A stretch of DNA of 64,000 bases from an uncultured Lachnospiraceae bacterium. Its GTDB lineage: Bacteria > Bacillota > Clostridia > Lachnospirales > Lachnospiraceae. Positions within the stretch are counted from its first letter, which is position 1, and each line of letters begins with the position of its first letter. Below are positions 36,826-46,678 of this stretch, piece by piece. The position numbers and the translations under genes were made by a program. Location: positions 1,265-65,264 of the forward strand of contig CAZNCH010000001.1 of assembly GCA_964571555.1 (NCBI GenBank), written 5' to 3'. The notes below the pieces were generated by a model. That model had not been told where the DNA came from. It saw nothing but the letters and a program-made list of their open reading frames with translations, and did no database searches.

Positions 36826-38778
36826 ATGGAGCGGCTGCAAAATATTGGAGATTATCGTACGGTCAATGCTTATGTAGCCGCGAAACTGGAACGGTTTTTC
36901 GGAATGGAGCGCACGTTTCGCGCATTGTTTCAACTGATGTTTTCCGAGAAAGAGAACGTCATGTATGAGAAGAGCGTCGGCTTTCAAGTTGAAACCACGA
37001 CTTACGGAGAAGCGTTCACGAAAACCTGTGAACTCGCAGGAATTCTGCAAGCGCGCCTGAAAGGGGTTCCGCGGGATTCCGTCATCGGTCTTTATCTGGA
37101 AAACGATCTGTCCTGGATTGAGTTCTTCTGGGCAATTCTTGCCGCGGGTTATCGTCCCCTCCTGCTGAATATCCGACTCGATGATGAAGTTCTGACAGAG
37201 GCATTGGAGGCGGCAGGCGCATGTGCGGTCATTTCTGCGCAGAAGTCCTTTGCGCCGTGCTTCATGCTGTCTGCAGCGGAGTTGTTGCATACGGAAACAA
37301 AGCCGCTCTTTACGGAAGCGGAATTTGGCAGCGAAATTCTGGTGATGTCTTCCGGAACAACACAGACGCCCAAGCTCTGTGCTTACACCGCAGAGGCGTT
37401 TTATTATCAGATCGGGGATTCCGCGGCGATCATCAGAAAAAGCACGCGGATCAAAATGCATTATCACGGACAGTTAAAGCAGTTGACCTTTCTTCCGTTT
37501 TATCACGTATTCGGTCTGATTGCGGTCTATATCTGGTTTGCCTTTTTCTCGAGAACTTTCGTGCATTTGTCGGATTTCAGCGCGGCAACGATTCTTCAGA
37601 CGATCAGAAAACACGAGGTAACGCATATCTTTGCAGTTCCGATGTTCTGGAACACAGTCTATGCGCAGGCGCTGAAAACAATCCGTGATAAGGATAACGA
37701 AACACAAATCAGGTTTCAAAAGGGAATGGCTCTTGCAAAAAAGATCGGCGATGTTCCCGTTTTGGGAGCATGGTTTACGAAGCGCGCTTTCCGTGAGATC
37801 AGAGAGAAGTTGTTCGGCGAGAGCGTCTGTTTTATGATTTCCGGCGGAAGTGAAATTTCAACGGAAGTGCTGACCTTCTTCAATTCGATCGGCTATCATC
37901 TGACAAACGGGTATGGCGCTACGGAAATCGGAATCACCTCCGTAGAGCTCAGAAACAGGAGAAAACCCCGAAACAGCGGTGCCGTCGGACGACCGCTGAG
38001 ATCAGTCGAGTACCGGATTAACGAAGCAGGAGAATTGCTTGTGAGGGGGAAAACAACCGCATCTTATCTGATTGAACGGACAGAAAAGAAGCCCAATGAA
38101 GGCTGGTTCAACACGCACGATCTCGCGGAAGAAAAGAACGGATATTATTATATTCTCGGACGAAAGGATGATCTGGTCGTTTCGGAAACGGGAGAGAATT
38201 TGAACCCGAATCTGATTGAGAGTCTGCTTTCCGAAGGCTTGAGCAACGAGGTCTGTCTGATCGGCCCCAAAGAGAACGGAGCGGTTGTTCCCACCTTGCT
38301 GGTATCGACCGGAAAGAGACTGTCGGAAGAAGAATTTAACGCCTTGCAGAAGCGCTATGTCGAGAAACTTCATGCAACGCACTTAAACGGAGAGATCCGA
38401 AAGATTTTCTTTACGAAGGAACCGCTGATCTATGAAGACGAGATCAAACGGAACCGGACACGTCTGAAAAGAGCTTATCTGGCGGGAAAACTGCCGGAAA
38501 TGAAACCTTATCGGGAGCGCTGCGCCGAACAGCGCAGCCAAACGTTTCGTTACGTGCGGGGACTCTTTGCGGAGGTGCTCCATTGCAAAGAAGAGGAAAT
38601 TACGGGAGAAGGCGACTTCTTTTTAACATACGGCGGAAACAGCCTGGCATATTTTACCGTGATTGCTATTCTGCAGGACGAACTGGGGATTTCTTTCCCG
38701 ATGTCCGAGGGAAAAGGGCTGAATACCGTGAATGAAATCTGCGACTTTATTGAGGAACGGAAAGCAGATGAGAATTAG
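36826..38778 (+). CDS. AMP-dependent (acyl-adenylate forming) ligase fused to a C-terminal carrier-protein domain
   Basis: Adenylation core motifs MSSGTTQTPK, GYGATE and GRKDD. The C-terminal ~80 aa carry the phosphopantetheine attachment motif GGNSL. Confidence 0.8.
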   Translation: MERLQNIGDYRTVNAYVAAKLERFFGMERTFRALFQLMFSEKENVMYEKSVGFQVETTTYGEAFTKTCELAGILQARLKGVPRDSVIGLYLENDLSWIEFFWAILAAGYRPLLLNIRLDDEVLTEALEAAGACAVISAQKSFAPCFMLSAAELLHTETKPLFTEAEFGSEILVMSSGTTQTPKLCAYTAEAFYYQIGDSAAIIRKSTRIKMHYHGQLKQLTFLPFYHVFGLIAVYIWFAFFSRTFVHLSDFSAATILQTIRKHEVTHIFAVPMFWNTVYAQALKTIRDKDNETQIRFQKGMALAKKIGDVPVLGAWFTKRAFREIREKLFGESVCFMISGGSEISTEVLTFFNSIGYHLTNGYGATEIGITSVELRNRRKPRNSGAVGRPLRSVEYRINEAGELLVRGKTTASYLIERTEKKPNEGWFNTHDLAEEKNGYYYILGRKDDLVVSETGENLNPNLIESLLSEGLSNEVCLIGPKENGAVVPTLLVSTGKRLSEEEFNALQKRYVEKLHATHLNGEIRKIFFTKEPLIYEDEIKRNRTRLKRAYLAGKLPEMKPYRERCAEQRSQTFRYVRGLFAEVLHCKEEEITGEGDFFLTYGGNSLAYFTVIAILQDELGISFPMSEGKGLNTVNEICDFIEERKADEN

Positions 38779-39409
38779 ATTGGTTCACTTATTTACAAAA
38801 ATCACGGCGTGGCCGGTGCAGCGGCTCTGTTTCAGAACGAAGATCTATTATGAGGACAGAGCGGCGCAGGGGCGCAGGATCCGGGGCAGCGCCATCGTGG
38901 TATCCAATCATACGTCCATTTACGACTATGCGGTCTATCTGTTTGTGTTTTTCGGCAGAACGCTTCGCGCCCAGATGGCGGAGGTGCTGTTCAAAAAGAG
39001 AATCCTCGGCAGGTATTTAAAATGCATGGGCGGGATCCGTGTCGATCGGAATATCCATGATATGGGATTCATGGCGGAGTCGGAACGGATTCTGAAACAG
39101 GGCGGCGCGGTGATGATTTTTCCGGAGGGGCGACTGCCGCGAAAAGAGGAAACAGAGTTGCTTCCGTTCAAGACAGGGGCGGCATTTCTTGCTTTGTCGA
39201 CCGGCGTTCCCGTGATTCCCGTCTATACGAACGGCTCGTATTTTTGCAGAAAATGCGCGTGTGTGCTGATTGGCAAGCCGATGCTGCTCTCGGAATATGT
39301 CGGGGCGTCAACGGATCCGAGGGAGAATATCAGCGCAGCCAACAGAGCTTTGCGCGCGCGGATTGCGGCACTGGGAGAACTGCTGGATGAGAGAACAAAA
39401 GAGAGTTAA
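38768..39409 (+). CDS. PlsC/LPLAT family acyltransferase 1
   Basis: HX4D motif (SNHTSIYD) and FPEGR block. Its start overlaps the preceding gene by 11 nt. Confidence 0.8.
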   Translation: MRIRLVHLFTKITAWPVQRLCFRTKIYYEDRAAQGRRIRGSAIVVSNHTSIYDYAVYLFVFFGRTLRAQMAEVLFKKRILGRYLKCMGGIRVDRNIHDMGFMAESERILKQGGAVMIFPEGRLPRKEETELLPFKTGAAFLALSTGVPVIPVYTNGSYFCRKCACVLIGKPMLLSEYVGASTDPRENISAANRALRARIAALGELLDERTKES

Positions 39410-40040
39410 GCGTTTTTCTTTCGAATATTTTTTCTATGATTTTGTCAAGGTAACGGCTGCGCTGCCGGGGCTGGTTGCTTTTCGACCGAAGTATTTGTTC
39501 GAGAACGAAAAGGCGAAGCGGCGGATTCGGGGCGGTGCGATCCTGATCGGAAACCACAACGGATATTTTGATCCGATCGGCATGATGCTCTGCGTCTATT
39601 ACCGCAGACACCGTTTTGTCTGCACCAAGGAGTTTTTCGAAGGCAGAAAAGGATTTTTCTTTCGGAACTTTCGGTGTATTGCGATCGATCGCAATAATTT
39701 CAGCGTGGATGCATTTCGGGAGATTGTTGAGAGCCTGCAAAAGGGTGAGATCGTCAGCATGTTTCCGGAGGGCAGGATTATTTTTGACGATGCACTTGCC
39801 GCTTTCAAATCCGGCATGGTGTTGATGGCTATGAAGAGCGGTTGTCCGATCGTTCCGATTTATGTGTTGAAGCGAAGAAACTATTGGGAACGACTGATCA
39901 TGGCAGTCGGCGAACCGGTCGACGTGAGGGAAGCTTTAGGCGGGAAATCCCCGCTTTCCGGCATGGACGCCGTTTCGGAACTGCTGCACGAGAAAGAAGT
40001 GAAATTGAAGAAGTTGTGCGAGGAGGCGCGAGGGAAATGA
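39387..40040 (+). CDS. PlsC/LPLAT family acyltransferase 2
   Basis: HX4D motif (GNHNGYFD) and FPEGR block. Its start overlaps the preceding gene by 23 nt. Confidence 0.8.
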   Translation: MREQKRVKRFSFEYFFYDFVKVTAALPGLVAFRPKYLFENEKAKRRIRGGAILIGNHNGYFDPIGMMLCVYYRRHRFVCTKEFFEGRKGFFFRNFRCIAIDRNNFSVDAFREIVESLQKGEIVSMFPEGRIIFDDALAAFKSGMVLMAMKSGCPIVPIYVLKRRNYWERLIMAVGEPVDVREALGGKSPLSGMDAVSELLHEKEVKLKKLCEEARGK

Positions 40041-41545
40041 AAACAAAAGGGAGAGAGGTGTTCGAAAAATATACAACGCCCGAAACGATGGAACGGATCA
40101 GGGAAGTTGCGACCGTATCCCGGATGTGGGAGCATTGTCTTGATGCGTATAGCGATAACGAAGCAATCAGCGATAACGGCGTGTCTTACACCTTTGCGCA
40201 AATAGAGGCGCGTGCGTCCCGCCTGCGGGGGCTGCTCTTAAAAGAACATGACGCGGCAAAGCGGATCGGACTCTATATGACGAATTCCGTCAGTTTCGCG
40301 GAAGCCTTTCTTGCGATTGTAACCGCCGGCTTCACTGCGGTCATACTGCCGCCGCAGTTGGATGATAAAGCCGTATTCGGCTGCTGCATGAAGTTCGACA
40401 TCGGAACGCTGCTGTATCTTCCTTCGATGGAAGAAAAGGTACAGACGGCGGCGAAAATGGCGCCCGGGATCAAGTTGTTTCCTGCTGATGTTAAGACGTT
40501 GGAAACAGCGCAGATTCAATCCTGTGACGCGACGACGCCGTGCGTTGTGATGTTTACCGGGGGAACAACGGGACAGAGTAAGGGCGCGCTGTTGAGCAAC
40601 GGTGCGGTGATGCAGGGCGTGGTCAACGGCTGCTACGGATATCGGGATGTTTTCGAGCAGAGGTATTTTCTGGTGCTTCCGCTTTCCCATGTCTTCGGTT
40701 TGATTCGGAATCTGCTGACTTCATTCTATACGGGCAGTTCCCTGTTTATCTGCAAAAACAATATGGATATGTTCCGCGACATCGCGATGTTCAAACCCAC
40801 CGTTTTGGTTGTGGTTCCGGCGCTCGCGGAAATGGCGCTGAAACTTTCCAAACAGTTTGGCAGGAATATGCTCGGGCCCGACATGAAATATGTGATCTGC
40901 GGCGCGGCAGCCGTTGCGCCGTATCTGCTCAGCGAGTACCGCAAGTTCGGGATCAGCCTGTTTCCGGGATACGGTTTGACGGAATCTGCGAATCTGGTGT
41001 CCGGAAATCCGGAAACGGTGGAGAAGCCGGACGCCGTCGGGATTCTGTACCCGAATCAGGAATACCGAATCGAGGAAGGCGAGCTCTGGCTCAGGGGAAG
41101 CAATATCATGGACGGTTACATCGGAGAGCCGGAAACCGGCATGGAGGACGGCTGGTTCAAAACCGGCGATCTGGTGAAGGTCGATGCGGACGGTTTCCTC
41201 TATATTGTCGGCAGGAAGAAAGAAGTGATCGTTCTGGCAAACGGTGAAAATGTATCGCCTGCGGAAGTGGAAGCGAAGTTCAACCGTCTGAAGTTCGTGC
41301 AGGATTCTCAGGTATTCGAGGACGTGACCGAGGGCGGAACGCATATTCTTGCGCTGGAAATCGTGCCGAGAGTCTCTGAACTGAACGACGTTGCGCAGGA
41401 AGATCGGAACACCTATATGATGGCGGCGCTGGAACAGGTCAATGCGACGCTGCCGGGTTATCAGAGGGTCAACCGCATGGAAATACGGGAAACGGATTTC
41501 GAAAGAACGCCGAGTATGAAGATTGTGAGATATCATAAATGCTGA
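40037..41545 (+). CDS. AMP-binding acyl-CoA/acyl-ACP synthetase-like ligase
   Basis: Motifs FTGGTTGQSKGA, GYGLTE and GRKKE. ATGA start/stop overlap with the preceding gene. Confidence 0.85.
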   Translation: MKTKGREVFEKYTTPETMERIREVATVSRMWEHCLDAYSDNEAISDNGVSYTFAQIEARASRLRGLLLKEHDAAKRIGLYMTNSVSFAEAFLAIVTAGFTAVILPPQLDDKAVFGCCMKFDIGTLLYLPSMEEKVQTAAKMAPGIKLFPADVKTLETAQIQSCDATTPCVVMFTGGTTGQSKGALLSNGAVMQGVVNGCYGYRDVFEQRYFLVLPLSHVFGLIRNLLTSFYTGSSLFICKNNMDMFRDIAMFKPTVLVVVPALAEMALKLSKQFGRNMLGPDMKYVICGAAAVAPYLLSEYRKFGISLFPGYGLTESANLVSGNPETVEKPDAVGILYPNQEYRIEEGELWLRGSNIMDGYIGEPETGMEDGWFKTGDLVKVDADGFLYIVGRKKEVIVLANGENVSPAEVEAKFNRLKFVQDSQVFEDVTEGGTHILALEIVPRVSELNDVAQEDRNTYMMAALEQVNATLPGYQRVNRMEIRETDFERTPSMKIVRYHKC

Positions 41546-41802
41546 GGAACAGAAGTGAAATATTAGAACAGTTGAAACAGGTGCTGCGCTCTGCGGATGA
41601 GAGCAAGGCGGCAATCATCGAAGCCTGCACGGAAGAAGCGAATCTGGCGACGGATTTGGGTCTTTCCTCGGTTGGGCTGCTCTATGTGGTCATCTCCATC
41701 GAGGAACAGTTCGGGATTCGATTTGAAAACGTGGGAATTGCCGATTTTGTTACCGTCAGAGACGTGGTAGATTACATTGAGGGACGCTCGGGCACATGCT
41801 GA
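41539..41802 (+). CDS. acyl carrier protein
   Basis: 87 aa with the attachment-site motif DLGLSSVG. Overlaps both neighbours by 7 nt. Confidence 0.8.
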   Translation: MLRNRSEILEQLKQVLRSADESKAAIIEACTEEANLATDLGLSSVGLLYVVISIEEQFGIRFENVGIADFVTVRDVVDYIEGRSGTC

Positions 41803-42734
41803 TCTTGAGAATAGCGCTGACGATATTCGTCTTGTATGTGATTTTCCTTTTAGGTCCGTCGATCGTGATGTATTTCAGGCTTTTTGTTCCGCGGTCGGGA
41901 ACGCCTTATGAAGAGAGGAATCTGCGCGGAACTTATCTTGAGAAGCACAGGGAACGGATACGGGAAGACAGCGCATATTTCAAAACGCAGAAATGCGAAG
42001 AGGTCAAGGTGATCTCGCAGGACGGCGTCAGGCTGTACGGAGAGTTCTACGGGGAGAATCATTCCGAAGTCGTATTATGCGTGCACGGGTACTTATCGAC
42101 GCCGCTCAACTGCTTTTCAACCATGGGGAAGTTCCTGCTGGAAGACGGCTACGGCGTGCTTCTGATTCATCAGCGCGGAAACGGAAAAAGCGAAGGCAGG
42201 CGGGGCGGCTTCGGGTTGATCGAATGTAATGATCTTTCGCTTTGGATTCGAAGTTTACGTGAGCGCGGAGCGAAACACATCTTCCTCGCGGGCATGTCCA
42301 TGGGCAGCGCAACGATCTGCTATGCGTCTCCGTTCTTAGAACAGCCGCCGGTTGCCGGCATGATCCTTTGCTGCGGTTTTGTTTCGCCCTATCGGCTGCT
42401 ATCGGATGCCTGCGATGAAAAGCATCTGCCGACGCGCCTGCTCCTGCCCCATATCGAATTTCTGGCAAGGTGGCGCTTAAAGATTGACCTTAAGGAGACG
42501 ACCGATGCGTCTCTTGAAAGAAACCGGATCCCGTCGCTTTTCGTGCACGGAACAGAGGACGCTTCGGTGCCCCTCTCAGACAGCAGGAGTCATTATGAGC
42601 ATTGCAGCGCAGAGAAACGCCTCTGCATTGTGGAAGGCGCCGGTCATTCCGATCTTTTTCTGATCGGAGAGGACGCGGGTCGCGCCGTAAAAGAATTTGT
42701 GGAACAACACAGCGAACGGAGAATGTCAAATTGA
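41796..42734 (+). CDS. membrane-anchored alpha/beta hydrolase (paralog 2 of 3)
   Basis: N-terminal TM helix, GMSMGS nucleophile elbow, and HGTEDASV / GAGHSD acid and His motifs. Confidence 0.75.
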   Translation: MLILRIALTIFVLYVIFLLGPSIVMYFRLFVPRSGTPYEERNLRGTYLEKHRERIREDSAYFKTQKCEEVKVISQDGVRLYGEFYGENHSEVVLCVHGYLSTPLNCFSTMGKFLLEDGYGVLLIHQRGNGKSEGRRGGFGLIECNDLSLWIRSLRERGAKHIFLAGMSMGSATICYASPFLEQPPVAGMILCCGFVSPYRLLSDACDEKHLPTRLLLPHIEFLARWRLKIDLKETTDASLERNRIPSLFVHGTEDASVPLSDSRSHYEHCSAEKRLCIVEGAGHSDLFLIGEDAGRAVKEFVEQHSERRMSN

Positions 42735-43666
42735 GTGACTTTGTAATTATGGCAGATTCAACCTGCGATCTGCCGGAGGAATTCCAGAAGAAGTATGATG
42801 TTATTGTGCTGCCGGGGCACGTGATTTTACCGGACAAATCAGAGGTTCTTTCCAGACCGAAATGGGAATATTTTGAGAGAGAGTCTTTCTATGAGCAGCT
42901 TCGGAACAATCCCGACGGCTTCGTTACGGCGCCGCCGAATGTCAGCGAATTCACGGCGGCATACGAGGAATACGCAAAACAGGGGAAGGACATCCTCTGC
43001 CTGACAATATCAAGCGGGATCAGCGGTGCATTTAATTTCAGCACCCTTGCCAGAGAAGCGGTGTTAAGGAAATATCCCAATGCCAGAATCATCAATATCG
43101 ATTCGATGCGATTCGGTCCCGGCTTCGGTCTGATGGTTGTGTATGCCGCAACGCTGCGCAGCGAAGGGTTGTCCATCGAAGATGTGGCGCAGCAGATTGA
43201 AACGAAGAAGAATACTTTTCATCAGGCGGGATGGCTCGACGATCTGTCTTTCGTCGCCAAGAAGGGAAGAATCACACACGCCAAAGCCTTTTTCGGTTCT
43301 CTTGCCGGGGTGAAGCCGATCGGAGAATTCGACTATAACGGTCTGACGACGGTGATCGGAAAGGCGAAGGGCGCCAAATCCGCCTATGCGGTTCTGCTGC
43401 AATATATCGAGCAGACCATCGTGGATCCGAAGAACCAGATCATTTTTATTGCGCAGTCCAACCGGCTGAAGCAAGCCGAACAATACAAGCAGATGATCCT
43501 GGAGAAATTTCATCCGAAGGAGATCTATATCAACGATGTATTCCCGTCCTGCGGCGTGAATATCGGTCCGGGGCTGATGGCGGCATACTATATGGGAACA
43601 CCGATATCCAAAGATCTTTCCAGAGAAAGGGAGATCCTTGAAAAGGCAATGAACCAAGGGGGTTGA
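42731..43666 (+). CDS. DegV family fatty-acid-binding protein (FakB-like)
   Basis: DegV N-terminal pattern (V)IMADSTCDLP and the family length. The TTG at 42731 (TTGA overlap, GGAGA RBS) is preferred. The ATG at 42749 is the alternative start. Confidence 0.8.
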   Translation: MSDFVIMADSTCDLPEEFQKKYDVIVLPGHVILPDKSEVLSRPKWEYFERESFYEQLRNNPDGFVTAPPNVSEFTAAYEEYAKQGKDILCLTISSGISGAFNFSTLAREAVLRKYPNARIINIDSMRFGPGFGLMVVYAATLRSEGLSIEDVAQQIETKKNTFHQAGWLDDLSFVAKKGRITHAKAFFGSLAGVKPIGEFDYNGLTTVIGKAKGAKSAYAVLLQYIEQTIVDPKNQIIFIAQSNRLKQAEQYKQMILEKFHPKEIYINDVFPSCGVNIGPGLMAAYYMGTPISKDLSREREILEKAMNQGG

Positions 43667-43668
43667 AG

Positions 43669-45015
43669 ATGAAGAAATTACAAAAGAAAAGCGAACTGAT
43701 ACTCTATGCGATTTCCGGTATGGGAATCAACATGCTGAATCTGATGATGGCGTCGTATTTGTGCAGTGCGCTGCTGATCGGCGGCTTTGGCGAGACGGCG
43801 ATTCCGTATCAGACCTATCTGCAGAAGGATCTGATTCTTCCGGCGGTCTGGGCGGTTTTTGCCCTGCTTGCCAAGATTCTGGACGGTGTGATTGATATTC
43901 CGATGGCGGCCTTTACGGATAATTTGAAGAGCAAATGGGGGAGAAGACGCCCTGCGATCCTGTTAGGACTGGTTGTGACGGTAATTTCCTATCTTCTCTT
44001 TCTGCTGGTGCCGAATGCGAGCGGCGCGACCCTTGGCAACACGATCTATTACGGCGTCGTTCTCTGCGTTTTCTATTGTTTCTATACGCTGACCATGGTG
44101 ACCTATTATGCGACCTTTACGGAAATTGTCGACACGACGGAGAAACGGAATATTCTCTCCAATGTGAAGTCGGTGTGTGATGTCGCATATTTCATTCTCG
44201 GCTATGTTGCGGTACGCATCCTTTTAAACGGGGTCAATATACGGAAGGTGGCATTGATTGTGCTGCCGATCGCGCTGACGATGATCATTCCGCTGTTCAT
44301 GATCAAAGAGCATTCGACGCTTGCGGGCGAAGCGGAATGCGAAGTGCCGGTCAATCTGATGCAGTCCCTGGTTTTCACCCTGAAAAACAAGACTTTCATC
44401 CTCTGGATGCTGACCTTTTCGTTCATGACGTTTAGCGTACAGCTCTTCCTTGGCGGAATCAATGAATATTTCTCCTTCGTGGGAATGAATATGATCCTGA
44501 TTATGATGTCGGCGTTTGCGCCTGTGCCGCTGACACTGCTCCTGTTCCGCTTTCTGATCCGGAAATACGGTTTCGGCTTCGCTTTCCGTTATGTGCTGGT
44601 CATCTTCTGCGTTTCGATGACGTCCATGGGTCTGATCGGCTTTATGGCGGCGGGAACACTAAAATCCGTACTTGCAATCCTCTCCGGACTGATTGCGTCC
44701 TTTGCCGTGGGCGCGATGTTTTCCGTTGCCTATTCCGTACCGGCGCAACTTGCGGCGGAAGAAGAGGAGAAGACGGGGATCGGCAATTCCGCGATGTATT
44801 TTGCGGTGCAGGGGCTGTTCGCAGGCGTTGCCTCCGGAATTGCAACGGGGGTTGTGTTGACTGCGCTGAAAGGTTCGCAGAACCACCCCACCGATGCAAT
44901 CAAATATATGACGCTGATCGCGGCGGCAGGCTGTCTGTTATCGTTGCTCGTTTCGAAGACGCTGCCGGAATCGGTGGTTCAAATGGGCAGGAACGGGGAA
45001 ACGAAAGACGCATGA
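43669..45015 (+). CDS. MFS transporter of the glycoside-pentoside-hexuronide (MelB/MFSD2-like) type
   Basis: 12-TM profile and the GPH loop 2-3 motif DGVIDIPMAAFTDNLKSKWGRRRPAIL. Confidence 0.75.
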   Translation: MKKLQKKSELILYAISGMGINMLNLMMASYLCSALLIGGFGETAIPYQTYLQKDLILPAVWAVFALLAKILDGVIDIPMAAFTDNLKSKWGRRRPAILLGLVVTVISYLLFLLVPNASGATLGNTIYYGVVLCVFYCFYTLTMVTYYATFTEIVDTTEKRNILSNVKSVCDVAYFILGYVAVRILLNGVNIRKVALIVLPIALTMIIPLFMIKEHSTLAGEAECEVPVNLMQSLVFTLKNKTFILWMLTFSFMTFSVQLFLGGINEYFSFVGMNMILIMMSAFAPVPLTLLLFRFLIRKYGFGFAFRYVLVIFCVSMTSMGLIGFMAAGTLKSVLAILSGLIASFAVGAMFSVAYSVPAQLAAEEEEKTGIGNSAMYFAVQGLFAGVASGIATGVVLTALKGSQNHPTDAIKYMTLIAAAGCLLSLLVSKTLPESVVQMGRNGETKDA

Positions 45016-46667
45016 AAACAAGAAGAATCAGCGGACGGCAGTTCGAACGGATGGTTCGGAACGGACTGGCGAATTTAAGCGAATACGAGACCAAACTGAA
45101 CGCGCTGAATGTTTTTCCCGTGGCGGACGGAGACACCGGAACGAATATGATCGCTACGTTAGCCGGCGGGATTGCTGCAGCCAAAAGCAACGAGCATGCG
45201 GGTCTTTACCTGAAATCATTGACGGACGGAATGCTGCTCGCTGCCAGAGGGAACTCGGGCGTGATCCTGTCACAGCTGTTTCGGGGATATTATCGGGCAC
45301 TCTCCAAATGCCCCATCATCGGGATAGGAGAATTCAGAAACGCATTGATTCACGGATACCGTTCGGGCTATGACGCTGTAGTCAGACCCGTGGAAGGAAC
45401 GATCTTAACGGTTGCACGGGAGGGAATCGAGCATATCCGCGCACAGATCGGAAGGAATACGACGCTGGAAGAATTGCTCTCCATGTATGTCGCTGAAATG
45501 AGAAAGAGTCTCGCGCAGACGCCGGAACTGCTTCCGGAATTGAAAAGCGCAGGCGTCATAGACAGTGGGGCGCTCGGTTACATTGCGGTCGCAGAGGGGA
45601 TGCTGAAATATCTGTACGGAGAACTCGTAGAGATGAAGCAGGAGAATGCGGAGACAATCGGCATGGAAAAGAACGAAAGCGTCGTGGACTATTCGGTCTT
45701 TCACGAAAACAGTCCTTTTGAAGAAGGTTATTGTGTTGAGTTTCTGTTGCAGTTGATGCGTTCTGAGCAATATCTGCAGAACTTTCGATTGCGGAAATAC
45801 ATTGAGGATCTGAATGATTTCGGCGAATCGATCGTGGCGGTGCAGGATGAGAGCCGTGTCAAGGTGCATATCCATACGCTGAAACCAGCCAAGGTGCTTT
45901 CTCTCAGCCAGGATTACGGAGAATTCCTGACCTGTAAGATTGAGAATATGCAGTTGCAGCACAACGAACAGCTGAAGAGGAAAGAGATCAGCAAGCCGAG
46001 ATCGGAATTCGTTATCGTTTCCATGGCGGATACGAATCGAATGAAGCAGATCCTTTTTGATCTCGGCAGCGATTACGTGATCCCCGGCGGTGCCGGAATG
46101 AATGCTTCCGTGCAGATGTTTTTGGACGCGTTTGAGGAAGTGAACGCAGAGACGATCGTTGTGCTTCCCAATGATGCGAACTCGATCTTCTCCGCCAGAC
46201 ACGCGGCGAAGATCTATGATCGGGCGAAGATTGTAATTCTGGAAACGAAGTCCGTTCCGCAAGGCTATTACGCACTGGCGATGGATGTTCCCGACAGCAG
46301 GGATATCAATTTCCGAATTTCACAAATGAAAAAGGGCATGACGGAAACGGAAACACTGTTTGTCAGCAAAGCGTCCAAGCCCTATCGGAGCGATGTTTTC
46401 TCCTGCGAGGAGGGTGCAAGGATCGCCATCGTCGGGGAAGAAGTGGTTGCCGAAGGAGCAGATAACGTGGACGCCTTCCTCAAAGGGCTGTCCTTTGTGG
46501 ACGGGATTGGGGAGAAGGAAGTCTGCGTGATTTTCAGAGGAGATTCGGAAGCCGGATATGAGGAAGCAAGGCTGCAAAATGCGGTCAATGACGCCTATCC
46601 GGATCTGGAAGTGGAATTTATTGACGGCGGCTCCAAACTGTACAGTTGGATGGCTGCCATTGTATAA
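45012..46667 (+). CDS. DAK2/DhaL-domain protein of the YloV/FakA (fatty acid kinase ATP-binding subunit) family
   Basis: The N-terminal DhaL motif LNVFPVADGDTGTNM and the ~550-aa three-domain length match FakA/YloV. ATGA overlap with the MFS gene. Confidence 0.75.
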   Translation: MKTRRISGRQFERMVRNGLANLSEYETKLNALNVFPVADGDTGTNMIATLAGGIAAAKSNEHAGLYLKSLTDGMLLAARGNSGVILSQLFRGYYRALSKCPIIGIGEFRNALIHGYRSGYDAVVRPVEGTILTVAREGIEHIRAQIGRNTTLEELLSMYVAEMRKSLAQTPELLPELKSAGVIDSGALGYIAVAEGMLKYLYGELVEMKQENAETIGMEKNESVVDYSVFHENSPFEEGYCVEFLLQLMRSEQYLQNFRLRKYIEDLNDFGESIVAVQDESRVKVHIHTLKPAKVLSLSQDYGEFLTCKIENMQLQHNEQLKRKEISKPRSEFVIVSMADTNRMKQILFDLGSDYVIPGGAGMNASVQMFLDAFEEVNAETIVVLPNDANSIFSARHAAKIYDRAKIVILETKSVPQGYYALAMDVPDSRDINFRISQMKKGMTETETLFVSKASKPYRSDVFSCEEGARIAIVGEEVVAEGADNVDAFLKGLSFVDGIGEKEVCVIFRGDSEAGYEEARLQNAVNDAYPDLEVEFIDGGSKLYSWMAAIV

Positions 46668-46678
46668 GAGGTGGAAGT

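Noticed and set aside
40721-41614. 297-aa ORF on the - strand within the second AMP-ligase gene. Similar antisense ORFs lie at 29512-30381, 45405-46262, 46595-47440, 48042-48758, 50207-50998 and 63203-63980.
   Set aside because: All are shadow frames opposite strongly supported + strand genes. None shows a catalytic motif or a credible start context.
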